Source: an uncultured Spirochaetota bacterium (GTDB lineage: Bacteria; Spirochaetota; Spirochaetia; SZUA-6; Fen-1364). Taken from it: DNA of 64,000 bases. Within the stretch, counting starts at the first letter, position 1, and each line of letters begins with the position of its first letter. The stretch is taken from assembly GCA_963734545.1 (NCBI GenBank), contig CAVTHO010000005.1:416001-480000 (forward strand), written 5' to 3'. The notes beneath the pieces are model-generated. The model saw nothing but the letters and a program-made list of their open reading frames with translations, did no database searches and was not told where the DNA came from. Below, in pieces: positions 1-12,112 of the stretch. The position numbers and the translations under genes were made by a program.

Positions 1-3000
1 GTGTGGGAGCCGGCCTGCACCCGGGCCACCTGCGCGGGAGTGCCCTGGGCCGCGATCCTGCCGCCGCCGTCGCCGCCCTCCGGCCCGAGGTCGATGATCC
101 AGTCCGCCTCCGCAATGATGTCCAGGTTGTGCTCGACGATCACCACGGTATTGCCCGCGTCCACCAGGCGGTGAAGGACCCGCACCAGCTTTTCTACGTC
201 CGCCATGTGCAGCCCGATCGTGGGCTCGTCCAGCACGTACAGGGTGCGCGCCGCCGCGCCGGACATGCCATGACGAGGCGGCGCACCTTCGGCAGGGACC
301 CGCGCCTTTGCCAGCTCCGTGACGAGCTTGATGCGCTGCGCCTCACCGCCGCTCAGGGAGGGACTCTGCTGGCCGAGGGAAAGGTAGCCGAGACCCACCT
401 GCTGCAGGAGTTGCAGCGCGTGGCGGATGCCGGGGTGGAAGTCGAAGTAGAGAGCCGCCTCGTCCACGCTCATGGCGAGCACCTCGGCGATGCTCTTGTC
501 CCTGAAGCGCACGCTGAGTGTCTCCGAGTTGAAGCGGGCACCCTCGCACACGTCGCAGAGCACGCTCACGTCGGGCAGGAAGCTCATCTCGATCTTCTTC
601 ATCCCCTGGCCTTCACACTCGTCGCACCTGCCGCCGGACACATTGAAGGAGAACCTGCTGGCCGTGTAGCCGCGCATCCGCGCTTCGTTGGAAGCGGCGA
701 ACAGGCGCCGGATGTCGTCCCAGATGCCGACGTAGGTGGCAGGGCAGGACCGCGGGGTCTTCCCGATGGGCGTCTGGTCCACTTCGAGTACCCTGTCGAT
801 CGCCTGCCACCCCTCGATGACGTCGCAGCCGTGGAGGGCTCCCGCCGGGGCCGGGCCTGTCCGCCTGCCCCGCGACTTTGACAGCAGGTGCCGGAGATTG
901 CCGTACAGCACCTCGCGCACGAGGGTGCTCTTGCCGCTGCCGCTCACACCGGAAACGCAGGTCAGCCGTGCCAGGGGGATCGCGACCTCCAGCCCCTGCA
1001 GGTTGTGCAGCCGCGCGTTCCTGATGCGCAGGACCGCGCCTGCATCTTCCGGATCGAATTCAGGGCGGAGGGCTCTCCCGAGCAGGGGATGGCGGAGTGG
1101 GGCCTTCAGGAACCTGCCGGTGAGCGACGCGCGGCTTCGGATGATGGCGGACACGGTGCCGCTGGCAACCACGCGGCCTCCGTTCGGGCCGCCTCCGGGG
1201 CCGAGGTCCACCACATGTTCGGCCCTTCGGATGGTTTCCTCGTCGTGCTCCACCACGACGACGGTGTTGCCCTTTTTCCGCAGGGACTCCAGAGTGTCCA
1301 GCAGTACGCCGTTGTCACGGGCGTGGAGACCGATGGTCGGCTCGTCCAGGATGTAGCAGACCCCGCGAAGATTGGAGCCGAGCTGGGAGGCGAGCCGGAT
1401 GCGCTGTGCCTCCCCTCCGCTCAGCGTGGGGGCCGACCGGTCCAGGGACAGGTAAGTGAGACCGACGCTCCGCAGGAATTCGAGGCGCGAGAGTATCTCT
1501 GCAATGATGTCCCGCGCAATCTCCTGCTCGCGCCGCGAGAGGCGGAGCGCCTTCATCTCCCGCTCCATGCCTGCCACGGGGAGGTCCAGGTATTCCGCAA
1601 TGCTCTTCCCGCGGAATCTTACGGCAAGTGCCTCGGGCCTGAGGCGCTTCCCGTTGCAGGAGGGACAGGTTTTTTCCGGGCCGCCCCACCAGTCGTTCCA
1701 CCAGATCTCTTCCCCTGTCTGCTCGGCGTCGAACCCCGAGAGCTGGAGCCCCGTGCCATAGCAGGAAGGGCACCACCCGTGCTTCGAGTTGTAGGAGAAG
1801 AGCCGGGGGTCGAGCTCCTCGAAGCTTCGACCGCACCGGGGGCATGCGCGTTTCGTGGAAAAGACGGTCTCCTTGCCGGTGCCGCTTCCCCGAGAGGCAG
1901 CGACAACCCGGATGACGCCCTTTCCGAAATCAAGGCCGCGCGCGATCAGCTCGCGAAGGGTCTTCTCCCTTTCCGCCGAGACGATCTCCGAGCCCACGGG
2001 AAGCTCGATGGAGTGCTCCTTGAACCTTTCCAGCCGCGGCCACGCCGCCGTGGGAAGGAGCATGCCGTCCACCCGCAGCTGCGCGAACCCCTTACCCGCT
2101 GCCCATGCGGCCAGGTCCGTGTAGTAGCCCTTGCGCGCAGTAACGAGCGGGGAGAGAACGGTGACCTTCCTGCCCCGGTAGTCGGCGAGCACGCGCGCCA
2201 CAATGGCATCAGGGGTTTGCGGCTGGATGGGCACGCCGCACTCCGGGCAGTGCTGGACGCCGAGCTTCACGTACAGCAGGCGCAGGAACGGGGAGATTTC
2301 GGTGAGAGTGGCCACCGTGCTCTTTCTGCCGCCCCTGCTCGTGCGCTGTTCGATTGCGACCGTGGGCGGCAGGCCGTACACGCCGTCCACGTCGGGCCTG
2401 CGCGCCGGCTGCACGAACTGGCGCGCGTACGCATTCAACGACTCGAGGTAGCGGCGCTGCCCCTCGGCGAAGAGAATGTCGAAAGCGACCGTGCTCTTGC
2501 CGCTGCCGCTGACACCGGTGATGACGCTGAACACGTCGCGGGGAATGGACAGGTCGATGTTCTTGAGGTTGTGCTCCCGCGCGTGCCGGATGACGATGGC
2601 ATTGTCGCTCACGCCGGGAAGCAGGGCGCCCTTCGGGGCCGCCCGGGCGGAGCGCGTCGAACCCTTTTTCCCGCCGACGAGCGACCTGAATGCCGCCAGC
2701 CCCGAGGGCGCAGCGCTGCTCCGGTGCGGCTCTCCGCGCAGTCAGCCACCTGGCGCGGAGTTCCCACGCACACGATTCTCCCGCCCGCCTCACCGCCGTC
2801 AGGCCCCAGGTCGATGACCCAGTCGCAGGCGCGGATCACATCGAGATTGTGCTCGATGACTGCCACGGAATGACCGGCGTCGACCAGTTGACGGAACGCC
2901 CCGAGCAGTGTGGCGATGTCATCGAAGTGCAGTCCGGTGGTGGGCTCGTCGAACAGGAAGAGGCTTCCCCTGCCTGCGCTCCCTGCCGCGCGCTCACCCA

Positions 3001-5602
3001 GGTATCCGGCCAGCTTCAACCTCTGCGCCTCACCGCCGCTCAGGGTCGGCACCGGCTGGCCCAGGCTGACGTATCCCAGGCCCACGGCGGCAAGGGGGGC
3101 GAGGGCGGCGATCACCTCGGGCGCCTCGGAAAAGAACTCGCATGCCTCGGAGACGGTCATGTCGAGGACATCCGCGACGGACTTTGCCGCCGCACCGGGG
3201 GCGAAAGCCGAGGCGCCCGGCGGGAACAGGCGCACGTCCAGTATCTCCCGGCGGAAGCGCCGGCCGTCGCAGTCCGGGCAGCGAAGGTACACGTCGCTCA
3301 GGAACTGCATCTCGATGTGCTCGAACCCGCTGCCGCTGCAGGTGGGGCACCTGCCGTTTCCCGCATTGAAGCTGAACGTGCCTGCCGTGTAGCCGCGCTC
3401 GTGGGAAAGCGGCTCGGCGGCAAAGAGCTTCCTGATGACATCGAAGGCGCCCACGTAGCTGACGGGATTGGATCGCGCGGTCCTGCCGACGGGCGACTGG
3501 TCGACCATGACGACGTTCTGCACGAGGTCGTACCCCGTGATCTCCCTGTGCCTGCCCGGCGGGTCCGCAGGCTTGTGCTTGAGCGCGCGCAGCGCGTTGT
3601 ACAGCACGTCCTGCATCAGGGTGGACTTTCCCGAGCCGCTCACGCCGGTGATACCCACGAGCCTGCCCAGCGGGAGGTCGACGTCGATGGTCTTGAGGTT
3701 GTGCTCGGCCGCGCCGAGGATCCGGATGACCTGGCCCTCGGCAGGAGTGTCTGCGCTGCCGGGCTTTTTTCCCGCTGCCGGCTTCAGGATCTGCTTCGCC
3801 TTCCCCCGGTGGGTATGCGCCGGCTGAGCCGTGCGCGCCTGGACTTTCTTCTTCCCTGTCAGGTACTGCGCGGTAAGGGAACGCGTGCTCCGCAGGAGCG
3901 CGGACAGCTCGCCGAAAAACACCACCTGGCCGCCGTGCTCTCCCGCGCCCGGGCCCATGTCCAGCACCACGTCAGCGGCGCGGATCACATCCGGGTCATG
4001 CTCCACCACGACGATGGTGTTTCCTGCGTCACGCAGGCGGCAGAGCACATGGATCAGCTTGCCGATGTCGCGCGGGTGCAGCCCGATGCTCGGCTCATCC
4101 AGGACAAACAGGGCGTTGACCAGGGAAGTGCCCAGGGCTGTCGTGAGATTGATCCTCTGCACCTCACCGCCGCTCAGCGTGCGCGACTGCCTGTCCAGGG
4201 TCAGGTACCCCAGCCCCACGTCCACCAGGTAGCGCAGGCGGGTCCTGATCTCGGCGAGCAGCATGCCGGTCGCCTCGTCCAGCGGGGCGGGAAGCACGAT
4301 TCCTTCGAACAGCGCGAGGCACCTGTCGATGGGGAGGAGCATCACGTCGTGCACCGAGAGCTTCTCTTCCCCGATTCTCCAGAGAAGCGCCTGGGGCTTC
4401 AGGCGCGCCCCTCCGCAGGCAGGGCACGGCGTGTAGGCGCGATACTTGGAGAGAAGCACCCGTATGTGCATGCGGTAGCTCTTGGATTCCAGCCAGCCGA
4501 AAAAACGCCTTGCGCCGAACCAGACCCCGTCGTCCCAGTCTCCTTCCCCTTCGATGACCCAGGAGCGCTGCGCGGCGCTCAGATCCCGCCAGGGTATCTG
4601 CGTCGGGACTCCCCGCTTCCGGGCGCGGGAGATGAGCTCCTCCTGCACCTCCTTGAAGCTTTCGGTCTGCCACGGCCGGACGGCGCCCCCTGCCAGGCTC
4701 TTTGTGTCGTCAGGAATGACGAGGCCCCAGTCGATGCCGATGGTCCGTCCGAAACCGCGGCACGTCTCGCACGCGCCCAGCGGTGAGTTGAAGGAGAACA
4801 GGTTGGCTGAGGGATCGTCGTAGTGGATGTCGCAGAACGCGCAGTGCAGGTCGGACGAGAACCGCAGCTCCTCCCCCGGCTCTCCCGCGGCGTCCAGACA
4901 GTGCGCCGAAACCCGTCCCTGGCCGTACTTCAGCGCAGCCTCGACGTCCTCCACGATCCTTGCCCTGTTCTCCGGGTTGCTCGTGATCCGGTCCTGGATC
5001 ACCTCCAGCCTGCTTCCCTCCTTCCTGTGAATGCGGGTGTAGCCCTGTTTGGCCAGGAGCTCCTTCACCTCGTCTTCCGAAAAATTCTCGGGGACCGTGA
5101 TCGGGAACGTGATGATCAGCCGTCGTCCCTTCGGAAGGTGACCGGCGATGCTCTCCGGTGTGTCCCGGCGCACTTCCCGGCCGCAGTTCCCGCAGAACAG
5201 GCGTGTGGCGCGCGCGAAGAGCAGCTTCAGGTGGTCGTTGAGCTCCGTCATGGTTCCCACCGTGGAACGCGACGTGCGGACGGGGTTGGTCTGGTCGATG
5301 GCAATGGCGGGCGGGATTCCCTCGATTCGATCCACCCGGGGCTTGTCCATCCTGTCCAGGAACTGCCGTGTATAGGAGGAGAAAGTCTCCACGTAGCGGC
5401 GCTGACCCTCTGAGTAGAGGGTGTCGAACGCCAGGGATGACTTTCCCGATCCGCTCACTCCGGTGATCACGATGAGCTTCCGCAGGGGCAGCTTCAGGCT
5501 GAGATTCTTCAGATTGTTCTGGCGCGCGCCTTCAATGAGGATGAAGTCGTGGGGATAGCGGCCATGGCTTTTCGATGTCGGAGGCTTGCGGGCGGCGCTC
5601 AT
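1..5602 (-). CDS. uvrA: Double-length (tandem) excinuclease ABC subunit A; frame change at about 2610-2740; runs off the left edge
   Basis: First unit has GARQNNLK, GVSGSGKSS, LSGGE and LDEP twice plus Zn-finger CxxC pairs. A second unit in another frame starts HAREHNLK..GVSGSGKST..FAEGQRRY and reaches EHNLD..DLGPEGG near position 60-130. Confidence 0.93.
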
Positions 5603-5702
5603 GTGCAGGGGGGGATTATTCAGCGTCGGGCGGGTTTGGGCAAGAGGGCCGGCCACGGGGACTCCGTGGCATTCGTGATCCGGTTAGGAGTATCATATCC
5701 TC

Positions 5703-6626
5703 ATGAATATACAAAAAGAAAACATGATCGCGCTCGGCCCCACGCAGGTGCGCGTGAGCCCCATGGGTGTCGGCACCAACTCCTGGGGTGCGCGCCGCGC
5801 CGCTGATCCCGGCAAGCTCCCCGCCTTCAAAGCGCTGATGGATGCGGGCGTCAACCTGTTCGACACGGCGGAGATATACACTCTGGGAGCCTCCGAGCGC
5901 ACCCTGGGTCACTGCATACAGTCGAGCAACCGGACCCCGATTGTCCTGACCAAATTCTTCCCCCTCCCGTGGCGCTGGCGCAAGGAAGACCTGCCCGGGG
6001 CCCTGCACGCCAGTCTCGCGCGTCTCGGCCTGTCGAAAGTGGACGTCTACCTGCTGCATTTCCCCTGGCCGCCGGTGGCTCTCGAAGTCTGGGCGGACGC
6101 GCTCGCGGATGCGGCGCACGCGGGACTTGCGCGCGCGGTGGGGATCAGCAACTGCAATGCGGAGCAGACCAGGCGCGCGCACGCGGCCCTTGCGGCGCGA
6201 GGGGTCTCTCTCGCCTGCAACGAGGTCGAGTTCAGCCTTCTGAAGCGCGATCCGCAGAGCAGCGGCCTGCTCTCACTCTGCCGCGAGCTCGACGTCACCC
6301 TCATTGCATACCGGCCGCTGGCCATGGGCGTGCTCACCGGCAAGTATTCGACAGAGAATCCGCCGAAAGGCGCGCGCGCCGCCCTGTTCAGCCGTCGATA
6401 CCTTGCCGGGCTCCAACCGCTCATATCCGCATTGACGCGCATCGGAGAGAATCACGGCGGCAAGACCCCCTCACAGGTGGCGATCAACTGGGTCATGTGC
6501 AAGGGAGCGCTTCCCATTCCCGGCGTGAAAGACCTGGGCCAGGCCCTGCAGAACGCCGGCGCGCTCGGGTGGCGCCTGTCAGAGGGGGAAGTCGACGAGC
6601 TCGAGATTGCCGCGCGCGGGGGCTGA
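5703..6626 (+). CDS. Aldo/keto reductase
   Basis: GVNLFDTAEIY, SERTLG, VDVYLLHFP, AVGISN, IAYRPLAMG, PIPG motifs. Confidence 0.9.
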   Translation: MNIQKENMIALGPTQVRVSPMGVGTNSWGARRAADPGKLPAFKALMDAGVNLFDTAEIYTLGASERTLGHCIQSSNRTPIVLTKFFPLPWRWRKEDLPGALHASLARLGLSKVDVYLLHFPWPPVALEVWADALADAAHAGLARAVGISNCNAEQTRRAHAALAARGVSLACNEVEFSLLKRDPQSSGLLSLCRELDVTLIAYRPLAMGVLTGKYSTENPPKGARAALFSRRYLAGLQPLISALTRIGENHGGKTPSQVAINWVMCKGALPIPGVKDLGQALQNAGALGWRLSEGEVDELEIAARGG

Positions 6627-6746
6627 TTCCCTGCGTCGTCCGCAGCGCGGTACTCCGCGCATTTCGCCCTGCCGTACGACTGGTCGTGAACGGCCGTCGT
6701 TTCCATCGTCCATCTCCCTTTCGTATATTCTTGCGGGGAGACCGAT

Positions 6747-7476
6747 GTGACGACAGGTCAGGAAAAAGTGCTCATCATCGAGGACGACAGGGATATCGCC
6801 GAGGTGGTGGCAATGAATCTCAGGGACCTTGGCCTGCACGCCGAGCGGGCCGAGGACGGAAGGGCAGGTCTGCAGAAGGCCCTGGAGGGGGAATACGCTC
6901 TGGTGATCCTCGATCTGATGCTGCCGAAGATGGACGGCCTGACCGTGTGCGCGCGCATCAGGGAAAGGAACCTCGTCACCCCCATCCTCATGCTCACCGC
7001 AAAGTCCGAGGAGATGGACCGGGTCCTGGGTCTGGAGATCGGGGCCGACGAGTACATCACCAAGCCATTCAGCGTCCGTGAGCTGGTTGCGCGGGTAAAG
7101 GCGCTGCTGCGCAGGGTGCGGACGGACAGGGACGCCGCGGCGGGCCGCGCGCAGAAGGGCAGGGTGGAAAGCGGTGATCTCGTCATGGACTTCGAAAAGA
7201 GGAAAGTGACCCTGGCGGGAGCGACTGTGGACCTCACCGTGAAGGAGTTCGACCTCCTGGCCCTGTTCGCCCGCAACCCCGGGCAGGACATACAGCCGCA
7301 CGGACCTCCTGAATCTCGTGTGGGGGTACCAGTTCGAGGGCTACGAGCACACGGTGAACTCGCACATCAACAGGCTGCGCGCCAAGATCGAGCAGGACCC
7401 CGGTCACCCGCTCTATCTCCGGACCGTGTGGGGCGTGGGATACCGGTTCTCCGAGATCGCGGAGCGCGGGGGATGA
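6747..7476 (+). CDS. OmpR-family response regulator (frameshift near 7285)
   Basis: IIEDD..LDLMLP..MLTAK..KPF receiver; winged-helix tail (VWGYQFEGYEHTVNSHINRLRAKIE..TVWGVGY) in a second frame, TGA at 7474-7476. Confidence 0.9.
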
Positions 7477-9024
7477 GCCGGCTCTTCGATTCATTCTACG
7501 CGCGCCTGTCGACCATCTTTCTCCTTCTCATCCTCGCGCTCGGCGGCGGCTGCGTGGCAATCGCGTTCAACTCCGCGGGACACCTTTTCAACGACGTCGA
7601 GCAGCTCCTCAACCGGGAGTACGCCCGCAGCATCGCCAGCGAGCTCGGCCCGCTCGTGGCGCGGGGCTTCTCCGAGGAGCGCGTGCGGAGCGCCATCCAC
7701 TACATGATGGTGCTCAATCCCATGGTGGAGATCTACCTCCTGGACGACAACGGAAGGATCCTGGCCTACTTCCTCAATCCCGCGGAGAAGATCGCGCGCG
7801 ACTCGGTCGACCTCGCTCCGGTGAAGGCGTTCGTCGCCACGGAGGGCGGCAGCCAGATCCGGGGCGAGGATCCGCGCAGTCCCACCAGGATCAAGCCCTT
7901 CTCCGCGGCGGAGCTGCAGATGGGCGCCGCGCGCGGCTACGTGTACATCATACTCGGCGGGGAACGCTATGACGCCTCCGTGCGCATGATCCGTGACAGC
8001 TACTACCTGAGAGCCGGGCTCGTCGCGTTCCTCCTTGCGGTGCTCTCCACGCTGATCGTCGGTCTCTCTCTCTTCTTCCTCCTCACACGGCGGCTGAAAT
8101 CCCTGAGCGACACGGTGCAGGGCTTCGAGCGAGGGGAGCTGGGCCGCAGGGTGGATGCGCGGGGCAGGGATGAGCTGGGCGCGCTGGGCCGCAGCTTCAA
8201 CGAGATGGCCACGACGATCGAGGCGGACGTGGAAAAGCTCAGGCTGGCGGAGCGCATGCGGAGAGACCTGATCGGCAATATCTCCCATGACCTGCGAAGC
8301 CCGCTGGCTTCCATCCAGGGCTACCTGGAAACCATGGCGCTGAAGGACCCGCAGCTCACGCCGGAGGAACGGCGGCAGTTTCTGGATATCAGCCTGAGGA
8401 ACACCTCCCGCCTGCAGAAGCTCGTCGAGGAGCTCTTTGAGCTGGCCAAGCTCGACGCGCGCCAGGTGCAGCTCGCGCCGGAGCCCGCGCAGATCGCCGA
8501 GCTCGCGCAGGATGTCGCCCTGAAGCTCGCCCCGCAGGCCGAGAAGGCACAGGTGACCCTGTCGGTGGACCGCGTGTCCGAGCTCCCCCTGGTGTCCTGT
8601 GACATCGCGATGATCGAGAGGGTGCTCACCAACCTCATCGAGAACGCCCTTCGATTCACTCCGGCTCGCCGGTTCGGTGCGGGTAGAGCTCATGCGCTGT
8701 GACGACTCGGTCCGGGTGACCGTGGCGGACACGGGGGCGGGGATCGCGCCCGAAGACCTTCCCCACATCTTCGACCGGTTCTACCGTGCCGACAAGAGCC
8801 GGGACAGGTCCACGGCCGGGAGTCCAGATGCCGCTCGCGGCGGCCGCGAGTCCGCCGGGTACGGCGTACCCGGTGGATTTGGCGCCGGGGCGGGCCTGGG
8901 GCTTGCCATTGCACGGCAGATGGTCGAGCTTCACGGGAGCGTGCTGGCCGTCGAAAGCAAGCCGGGCGAGGGCGCGCGGTTTTCCTTCAGCCTTTCGGCG
9001 CGTCCCGTCCCGGTCCCTGTGTGA
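7473..9024 (+). CDS. HAMP sensor histidine kinase (frameshift near 8670)
   Basis: ATG overlaps the regulator stop; two TM helices, HAMP, SHDLRSPL H-box, NLIENA, DTGAGI, GLGLAI. Confidence 0.9.
8834..8877. repeat. Double hairpin inserted in frame in the kinase ATP-lid
   Basis: CTCGCGG-cgg-CCGCGAG followed by TCCGCCGGGTAC-ggc-GTACCCGGTGGA; 8851-8869 matches 60141-60159 at 18 of 19 nt. Confidence 0.55.
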
Positions 9025-9074
9025 CGATCTTGTTTCGGGCCCGTGATACTTCCGTGATGCCCCGACAGTATCTT
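9021..9074 (+). promoter_or_regulatory. Putative OmpR-type tandem boxes and -10 element for dipZ-msrAB
   Basis: CCGTGAT at 9041 and 9052 (11-bp period), GTGA at 9021 in phase, TATCTT at 9069-9074. Confidence 0.5.
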
Positions 9075-9101
9075 GATGCACATGCATGAAAGGAATGCTA
9101 C

Positions 9102-10922
9102 ATGACGGTCATTCTGGCGTTCGCCTTCCTGTCAGGGGTCATTACGATTCTCTCCCCCTGCATTCTGCCCGTGCTTCCCATCGTGCTTTCGGGAAGCGTG
9201 GGGGGAGGCAAGGCGCGTCCCTTCGGCGTGCTGGCGGGTTTTGTCGTGAGCTTCACGGCGTTCACCCTGTCGCTCTCCGCCATCGTGCAGGCAATCGGCA
9301 TACCTGTGGACGCGCTGCGAGTCGTGGCAGTGGTGCTCATCATCCTGTTCGGCCTCGTGATGCTGGTGCCGTGGCTGCGCGACAGGTTCGAGATCCTCAC
9401 CTCGAGGATTGCCAGCCGGGGCAGCAAGGCCGGGTCCCCCGCGGCGGGTGCCGCCGGCGCGCCGCAGGGCCGATGGGCCGGATTCTGGAGCGGGCTGGTG
9501 GTCGGCCTGAGCCTCGGCCTGATCTGGACCCCGTGCGTCGGGCCGATCATGGCCTCGGTGATCAGCCTGGCTCTCACGCAGCATGTGGACGGCGGATCGG
9601 TTTCCATCACTCTTGCGTACACCCTGGGAACGTCCATCCCTATGCTTGCGATCATGCTCGGAGGCCGGGCGCTCCTCAAGAAGGTGCCTGCGCTCACGCG
9701 CAATGCGGCGAATATCCAGAAGGGCTTCGGCGTCCTCATGATCCTTGTAGGCGTGGCGATCGGTCTCGGCTGGGACCGGCAGTTCCAGGCCACGATCCTT
9801 CGGCTGTTTCCCAACTATGGCACGGGCCTGACCGCGATTGAAAAGACGGCACCCGTGCAGTCCGCCCTGAAGGCGCGCGCGCCTGCCATGGCGGCACGTG
9901 CTCCCACCGGCGGCGCCGACGTATTCAGCGCTCCTGAGGTTGCACCAGAGAACGGAGTTCTGGGCGACTACGGGGCTGCCCCGGCATTCCTGACCCAGGG
10001 GAACTGGTTCAATACGGAAGGGCTTTCCCCCACTGCCGGCCAGATGGCCCAGGGAGCTTCAATGCCCCTCACCCTGGAAGCGCTGCGCGGCAAGGTTGTC
10101 GTGGTGGACTTCTGGACCTACAGCTGCATCAACTGCGTGCGCACGATTCCCTATCTCCGGGCCTGGTACGATACCTACCGGGACAAGGGGCTGGTGATCG
10201 TGGGTGTGCATACTCCCGAGTTCGAGTTCGAGAAGAACCCTGCGAACGTGGCCAAAGCGATCCGTGAGCTCGGCGTGAACTGGCCGGTGGTGCAGGACAA
10301 TGACTATGTGCAGTGGAACGCGTACGCCAACTTGTACTGGCCGGCCCACTATTTCATCGATGCGAAGGGCAGGGTGCGGTACTTCCACTTTGGTGAAGGC
10401 GAGTACGACGTCTCTGAAAAGGTCATTCAGGCCCTGCTGAAAGAGGCGGGGGCGAACGTGGGCGGCATCGTGTCCCGGCCCGCGCCGCAACTGGAGTCGC
10501 AGACCCCGGAGACCTATCTCGGGTACGACCGGGCGCAGGGCTTTGCATCTGCCGTGAATCCCGTGGCAGACAAACCCGCGGACTACCTGCCGGCCCGGGT
10601 CCCGCGCAACGGCGAATGGAACCTGACAGGCACGTGGACAATCTCTCCGCAGTACGTGGTCCCGGAGTCCTCGGGGACCCTGCAGCTCGGCTTCGACGCC
10701 AAGAACGTGTTTCTCGTGGTGGAGCCGCAGGCACCGGGAGGAAGCATTTCGGTTTTTGTGGACGGCTCACGCGCCGGGGACACGGCAGACCTCAAGAAGG
10801 GCATGCTGGAGCCCCGGGAAAGCAGAATGTACCAGCTGGTCGGGCTGAACGCGCCCGGCCCGCACACATTGCGTCTTGAAGTGAAGGGGAAGATCCGTCT
10901 CTTTGCCTTCACGTTCGGATGA
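9102..10922 (+). CDS. dipZ: DipZ-type CcdA/thioredoxin fusion
   Basis: LSPCILP and WTPCVGP in the membrane domain, [10 protein letters not shown] thioredoxin motif, GVHTPEF, TPETYLG C-terminal domain. Confidence 0.9.
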   Translation: MTVILAFAFLSGVITILSPCILPVLPIVLSGSVGGGKARPFGVLAGFVVSFTAFTLSLSAIVQAIGIPVDALRVVAVVLIILFGLVMLVPWLRDRFEILTSRIASRGSKAGSPAAGAAGAPQGRWAGFWSGLVVGLSLGLIWTPCVGPIMASVISLALTQHVDGGSVSITLAYTLGTSIPMLAIMLGGRALLKKVPALTRNAANIQKGFGVLMILVGVAIGLGWDRQFQATILRLFPNYGTGLTAIEKTAPVQSALKARAPAMAARAPTGGADVFSAPEVAPENGVLGDYGAAPAFLTQGNWFNTEGLSPTAGQMAQGASMPLTLEALRGKVVVVDFWTYSCINCVRTIPYLRAWYDTYRDKGLVIVGVHTPEFEFEKNPANVAKAIRELGVNWPVVQDNDYVQWNAYANLYWPAHYFIDAKGRVRYFHFGEGEYDVSEKVIQALLKEAGANVGGIVSRPAPQLESQTPETYLGYDRAQGFASAVNPVADKPADYLPARVPRNGEWNLTGTWTISPQYVVPESSGTLQLGFDAKNVFLVVEPQAPGGSISVFVDGSRAGDTADLKKGMLEPRESRMYQLVGLNAPGPHTLRLEVKGKIRLFAFTFG

Positions 10923-10947
10923 CACGCATGATGAGGAGGTTGCCTCT

Positions 10948-12039
10948 ATGAAGAGGATGACTTTGTTGATTTCGTTTTTCGCCCTGACTGCCGCGGCGAT
11001 AATGGCGGCACCCCAGTCTCCCGACCTCGCCAGGCCGCAGGTCGCGATATTCGCGGGCGGCTGCTTCTGGAGCATGCAGTCAGCTTTCGAGAAGGTGTAC
11101 GGGGTCATCACGGCTGTCTCCGGCTATACGGGTGGAAATACCCGCAAGCCGAACTACGGCAACTATGCGGCGGGCGGCCACGTGGAGGCGGTGCAGGTCA
11201 CGTGGGACCCCGGCCGGGTCAGCTATGCCGAGCTGCTGGATGCGTATTGGCGCCACACGGACCCCACTGACGCCCGCGGGCAATTCGTGGACAGGGGGCC
11301 CCAGTACCGGCCCGTCGTGTTCTGGCAGGACGATTCGCAGCGCGCAGCGGCGGAAGCGTCAAAGGCGGCGCTGGGCAAGTCCGGGAAATTCTCTGCTCCC
11401 ATCGTGACAGAAATCCGCAAAGCGGAGCCTTTTTATGCGGCGGAGGACTACCACCAGGACTACGCCCGCAAGAATCCCTCTGCCTACCAGGCGTACTTCG
11501 ACGGTTCGGGCCGCACGAAGCTCTTTGCAAGGGTCTGGGGTGCCGCGGCTGTCATGGACCCTGCCGCACCACCATCGGCAGCGAAGGGCACCTGGCGCAA
11601 GCCCTCGGAGGACCAGCTCAGGAAAATGCTCAATCCGATGCAATTCGACGTGACCCAGAGGGAGGGGACCGAGCCGCCCTTCCAGAACGAGTACTTCCAC
11701 AACGAGCGGGAAGGGATCTACGTCGACATCGTCTCGGGCGAGCCCCTGTTCAGCTCCACCGACAAATACGATTCCGGCACGGGATGGCCCAGCTTTACCC
11801 GGCCCCTCGCGCCGAGCAACATCGTGCTGCATGAGGACCGGACATTCGGCATGGTGCGGATCGAGGTGAAAAGCCGGTATGCGAGCTCCCATCTCGGCCA
11901 TCTTTTCGACGACGGTCCCGCGCCGACAGGGCTGCGCTATTGCATGGACTCCGCCTCCCTGCGGTTCATTCCGGTCGCGGACATGCAGAAGGAAGGCTAC
12001 GGCCAGTACCTGAAGCTGTTTCAGAAGTCTTCCGGCTGA
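10948..12039 (+). CDS. msrAB: Exported bifunctional methionine sulfoxide reductase MsrA/MsrB
   Basis: GAGGAGG SD, signal-peptide-like N-terminus, [32 protein letters not shown]. Confidence 0.93.
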   Translation: MKRMTLLISFFALTAAAIMAAPQSPDLARPQVAIFAGGCFWSMQSAFEKVYGVITAVSGYTGGNTRKPNYGNYAAGGHVEAVQVTWDPGRVSYAELLDAYWRHTDPTDARGQFVDRGPQYRPVVFWQDDSQRAAAEASKAALGKSGKFSAPIVTEIRKAEPFYAAEDYHQDYARKNPSAYQAYFDGSGRTKLFARVWGAAAVMDPAAPPSAAKGTWRKPSEDQLRKMLNPMQFDVTQREGTEPPFQNEYFHNEREGIYVDIVSGEPLFSSTDKYDSGTGWPSFTRPLAPSNIVLHEDRTFGMVRIEVKSRYASSHLGHLFDDGPAPTGLRYCMDSASLRFIPVADMQKEGYGQYLKLFQKSSG

Positions 12040-12040
12040 A

Positions 12041-12112
12041 TACCGCGGAAGGGCTACGGTCGGCCTTTCGGCCATCCATGGCCTCGGCCGACCTCGCCGT
12101 CCCTGGCTACGG
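12041..12112 (+). repeat. REP-like modular palindromic element, copy A
   Basis: TACCGCGGAAGGG-CTACGG-TCGGCCTTTCG-GCCATCCATGGC-CTCGGCCGACCTCG-CCGTCCCTGG-CTACGG; homologous to 33210-33377 and 43796-43874. Confidence 0.8.

Noticed and set aside
3-4786. Long plus-strand ORFs (3-881, 888-2873, 2690-4786) and similar ones such as 36100-38724
   Set aside because: In-phase antisense shadows of high-GC genes, with no recognisable motifs
6747-8702. 651-aa regulator-kinase fusion in the ORF track
   Set aside because: Frameshift artefact: the regulator's winged-helix tail and stop lie in another frame, and the kinase has its own ATG at 7473
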